DNA of 64,000 bases from Octopus sinensis (taxonomy: Eukaryota). Every line of letters starts with the position of its first letter. The first letter of the stretch is position 1. Under the pieces are notes generated by a model. The model had not been told where the DNA came from. It worked only from the letters and a program-made list of their open reading frames with translations, and made no database searches. Both the position numbers and the translations under genes were made by a program. Location of the stretch: assembly GCF_006345805.1 (NCBI RefSeq), contig NC_042998.1, forward strand, positions 187,674,001-187,738,000. The letters run 5' to 3'. Below, in pieces: positions 62,307 to 64,000 of the stretch.

Positions 62307-62524
62307 GTGACTAAATATTTGAAGATATTTCATCTGATGCTCAACTGACTCTGCCATCCATAATCCACTCATTTCTATATCACATGATCTTGTTAATTAT
62401 TTATGAGTCTTTATGAAGATTACGATCCAGGTATTAGTGAGAAAAATTTGTGACACAAGTAAAAATGCCTGCTGGTAAATATTCTGATTTTCAACTTGTT
62501 TTCAATGAAGTTTATTCAAATGTC

Positions 62525-62825
62525 TCTCAAATTGTTTGTTCCTTCTCAAGCCATGCTTGGTTCGTAAGGGCCAGTTTCCCGGTTTCCTTGGTGTATAGGT
62601 TCCCACCTGGACGGGACGCCAGTCCATCGCAGGTGAGCTACAAGACGCAGGAGGAAAGAGTGAGAGAAAGTTGTGGCGAAAGAGTCAGCAGAAGTTCGCC
62701 ATTACCTTCTGCTGGTGCCGTGTGGAGCTTAGGTGTTTCGCTCATAAACACACACATCGCCTGGTCTGAGATTCGAACCCATGATCCCTCAACTGCGAGT
62801 CTGCTGTTCTAACCACTAGGCCATT
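62525..62825 (-). mobile_element. Third tRNA-derived SINE family
   Basis: Minus strand has A-box TGGCCTAGTGG, B-box GGTTCGAATC and a central GCGATGGACTGGCGTCCCGTCCAGG motif resembling conserved SINE superfamily domains. Confidence 0.72.
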
Positions 62826-63139
62826 GACTCACAAAAATCATTCATATTTTATTATGTGGTCCCTTTATATCACTATAACACTTTATTGTCGAACCCCAGA
62901 TCAGCCCTGATTGAACAAACTTGGTTCAGACTTTAGCATAGTCTTATTTTTAGGCAGTGCATCTGAGACTAAATTATACAATGTATTTTCCATTCTAATT
63001 CTTTCAATAACAATCCATCTGAGGTTGATCTTGGTTCTATGATACAAAATTCCTGTTTTAAACTGATTTAAATTAAAAACTTTCATCAAAATTTCACATT
63101 AATTTATGTTCCAAACATCAATAAAGAAAGATCATCACC

Positions 63140-63478
63140 GTTCATCGTTTAACGTCCGTTTTCCATGCTAACATGGGTTGGATGGTTCGACCAGGATCTG
63201 GGAAGCCAGAAGGCTGCACCAGGCTCCAGTCTGATCTGGCAGTGTTTCTACAGCTGGATGCCCTTCCTAACGCCAACCACTCCGTGAGTGTAGTGTGTGC
63301 TTTTTATGTGCCACCGGCACAGGTGCCAGGCGAGGTTGGCAACGGCCACGGTCGGATTGGTGCACTTTACGTGCCACCAGCACGGAAGCCAGTCGAGGCG
63401 GCACTGGCATCAGCCATGTTCGGATGGTGCTTTTTACGTGCCACTGGTACAGGGATCACAACTACAGTTTTCATTGAT
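63140..63478 (-). mobile_element. Truncated RTE 3' UTR copy
   Basis: Conserved terminus and module array. Confidence 0.82.
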
Positions 63479-63824
63479 TTGTTTTACTAAATGCTTCAAT
63501 AATTTTTAAAATTTATTGAAAAAGAAACTTGTGTATTTCAGCAAAAATATTGTTGTTTAAAAATAGTAGGGTATTATTTTAGGGAGATTTGACTGCTATG
63601 TTTAGCACAATGAATGATCATGTCGAGGCTTCTTTTGTTGGCTCACACATTTTTTAACTTGTTTATAGACATACTTGTTTACAGCTATAAGTTCTAGCTG
63701 GAAACTTCATCCTCATCTATTTCAAACAGCTAAATGTTTGGCCTAGAAACTAAAAAAATTATGGTTTGAATTACTAAGAAATGTTAACACTAAATGTTAT
63801 GTAATATTGTTTCTATTTTTTAAG

Positions 63825-63961
63825 GGTGTGCGGAAATATGTTAACAAAGATGAGCTGAAACCAACTGTTCAAGCTTTGGAAAAAACCCAGACATTATGTA
63901 GTGAAAATAAAGGTTCATCGGAATTAATTGCTGATATAAACACTTTGTTCCAATGTATACG
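63825..63961 (+). CDS. NELFCD: NELFCD exon 11 (gene continues beyond the window)
   Basis: GVRKYVNKDELKPTVQALEKTQTLCSENKGSSELIADINTLFQCIR; phase 0 to 2. Confidence 0.95.
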
Positions 63962-64000
63962 GTAAATTTACATGCTTTTTTTCTTAAACTTTTATTTGTT

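Overview
AT-rich, repeat-dense animal genomic DNA. The SINE/LINE content and gene style suggest a coleoid cephalopod such as Octopus (inference, not proven). Two spliced genes lie head-to-head. EDC3 (minus strand; LSm, FDF and YjeF-N domains) has five coding exons from 17735 running off the window at base 1, plus a probable non-coding first exon near 33.2-33.35 kb. NELFCD/TH1L (plus strand) has eleven coding exons from 41765 to 63961 and continues past the window. All junctions are GT-AG with consistent phases. Introns and the spacer are filled with RTE-clade LINE fragments, about 30 copies of that LINE's modular 3' UTR with a (GAT)n tail, three tRNA-derived SINE families, hAT- and piggyBac-type MITEs, two non-autonomous Helitrons and many long inverted repeats. 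Nearly all other ORF-track entries are repeat by-products. Most notable: (1) two unrelated ~300-360 bp units with terminal direct repeats, each carrying a type I hammerhead ribozyme fold (retrozyme or Penelope-LTR-like), plus a third variant mini-hammerhead; (2) an RTE insertion with the hallmarks of twin priming; (3) a duplicated intron 3' end that could create a new in-frame NELFCD cassette exon; (4) long hairpins next to exons.
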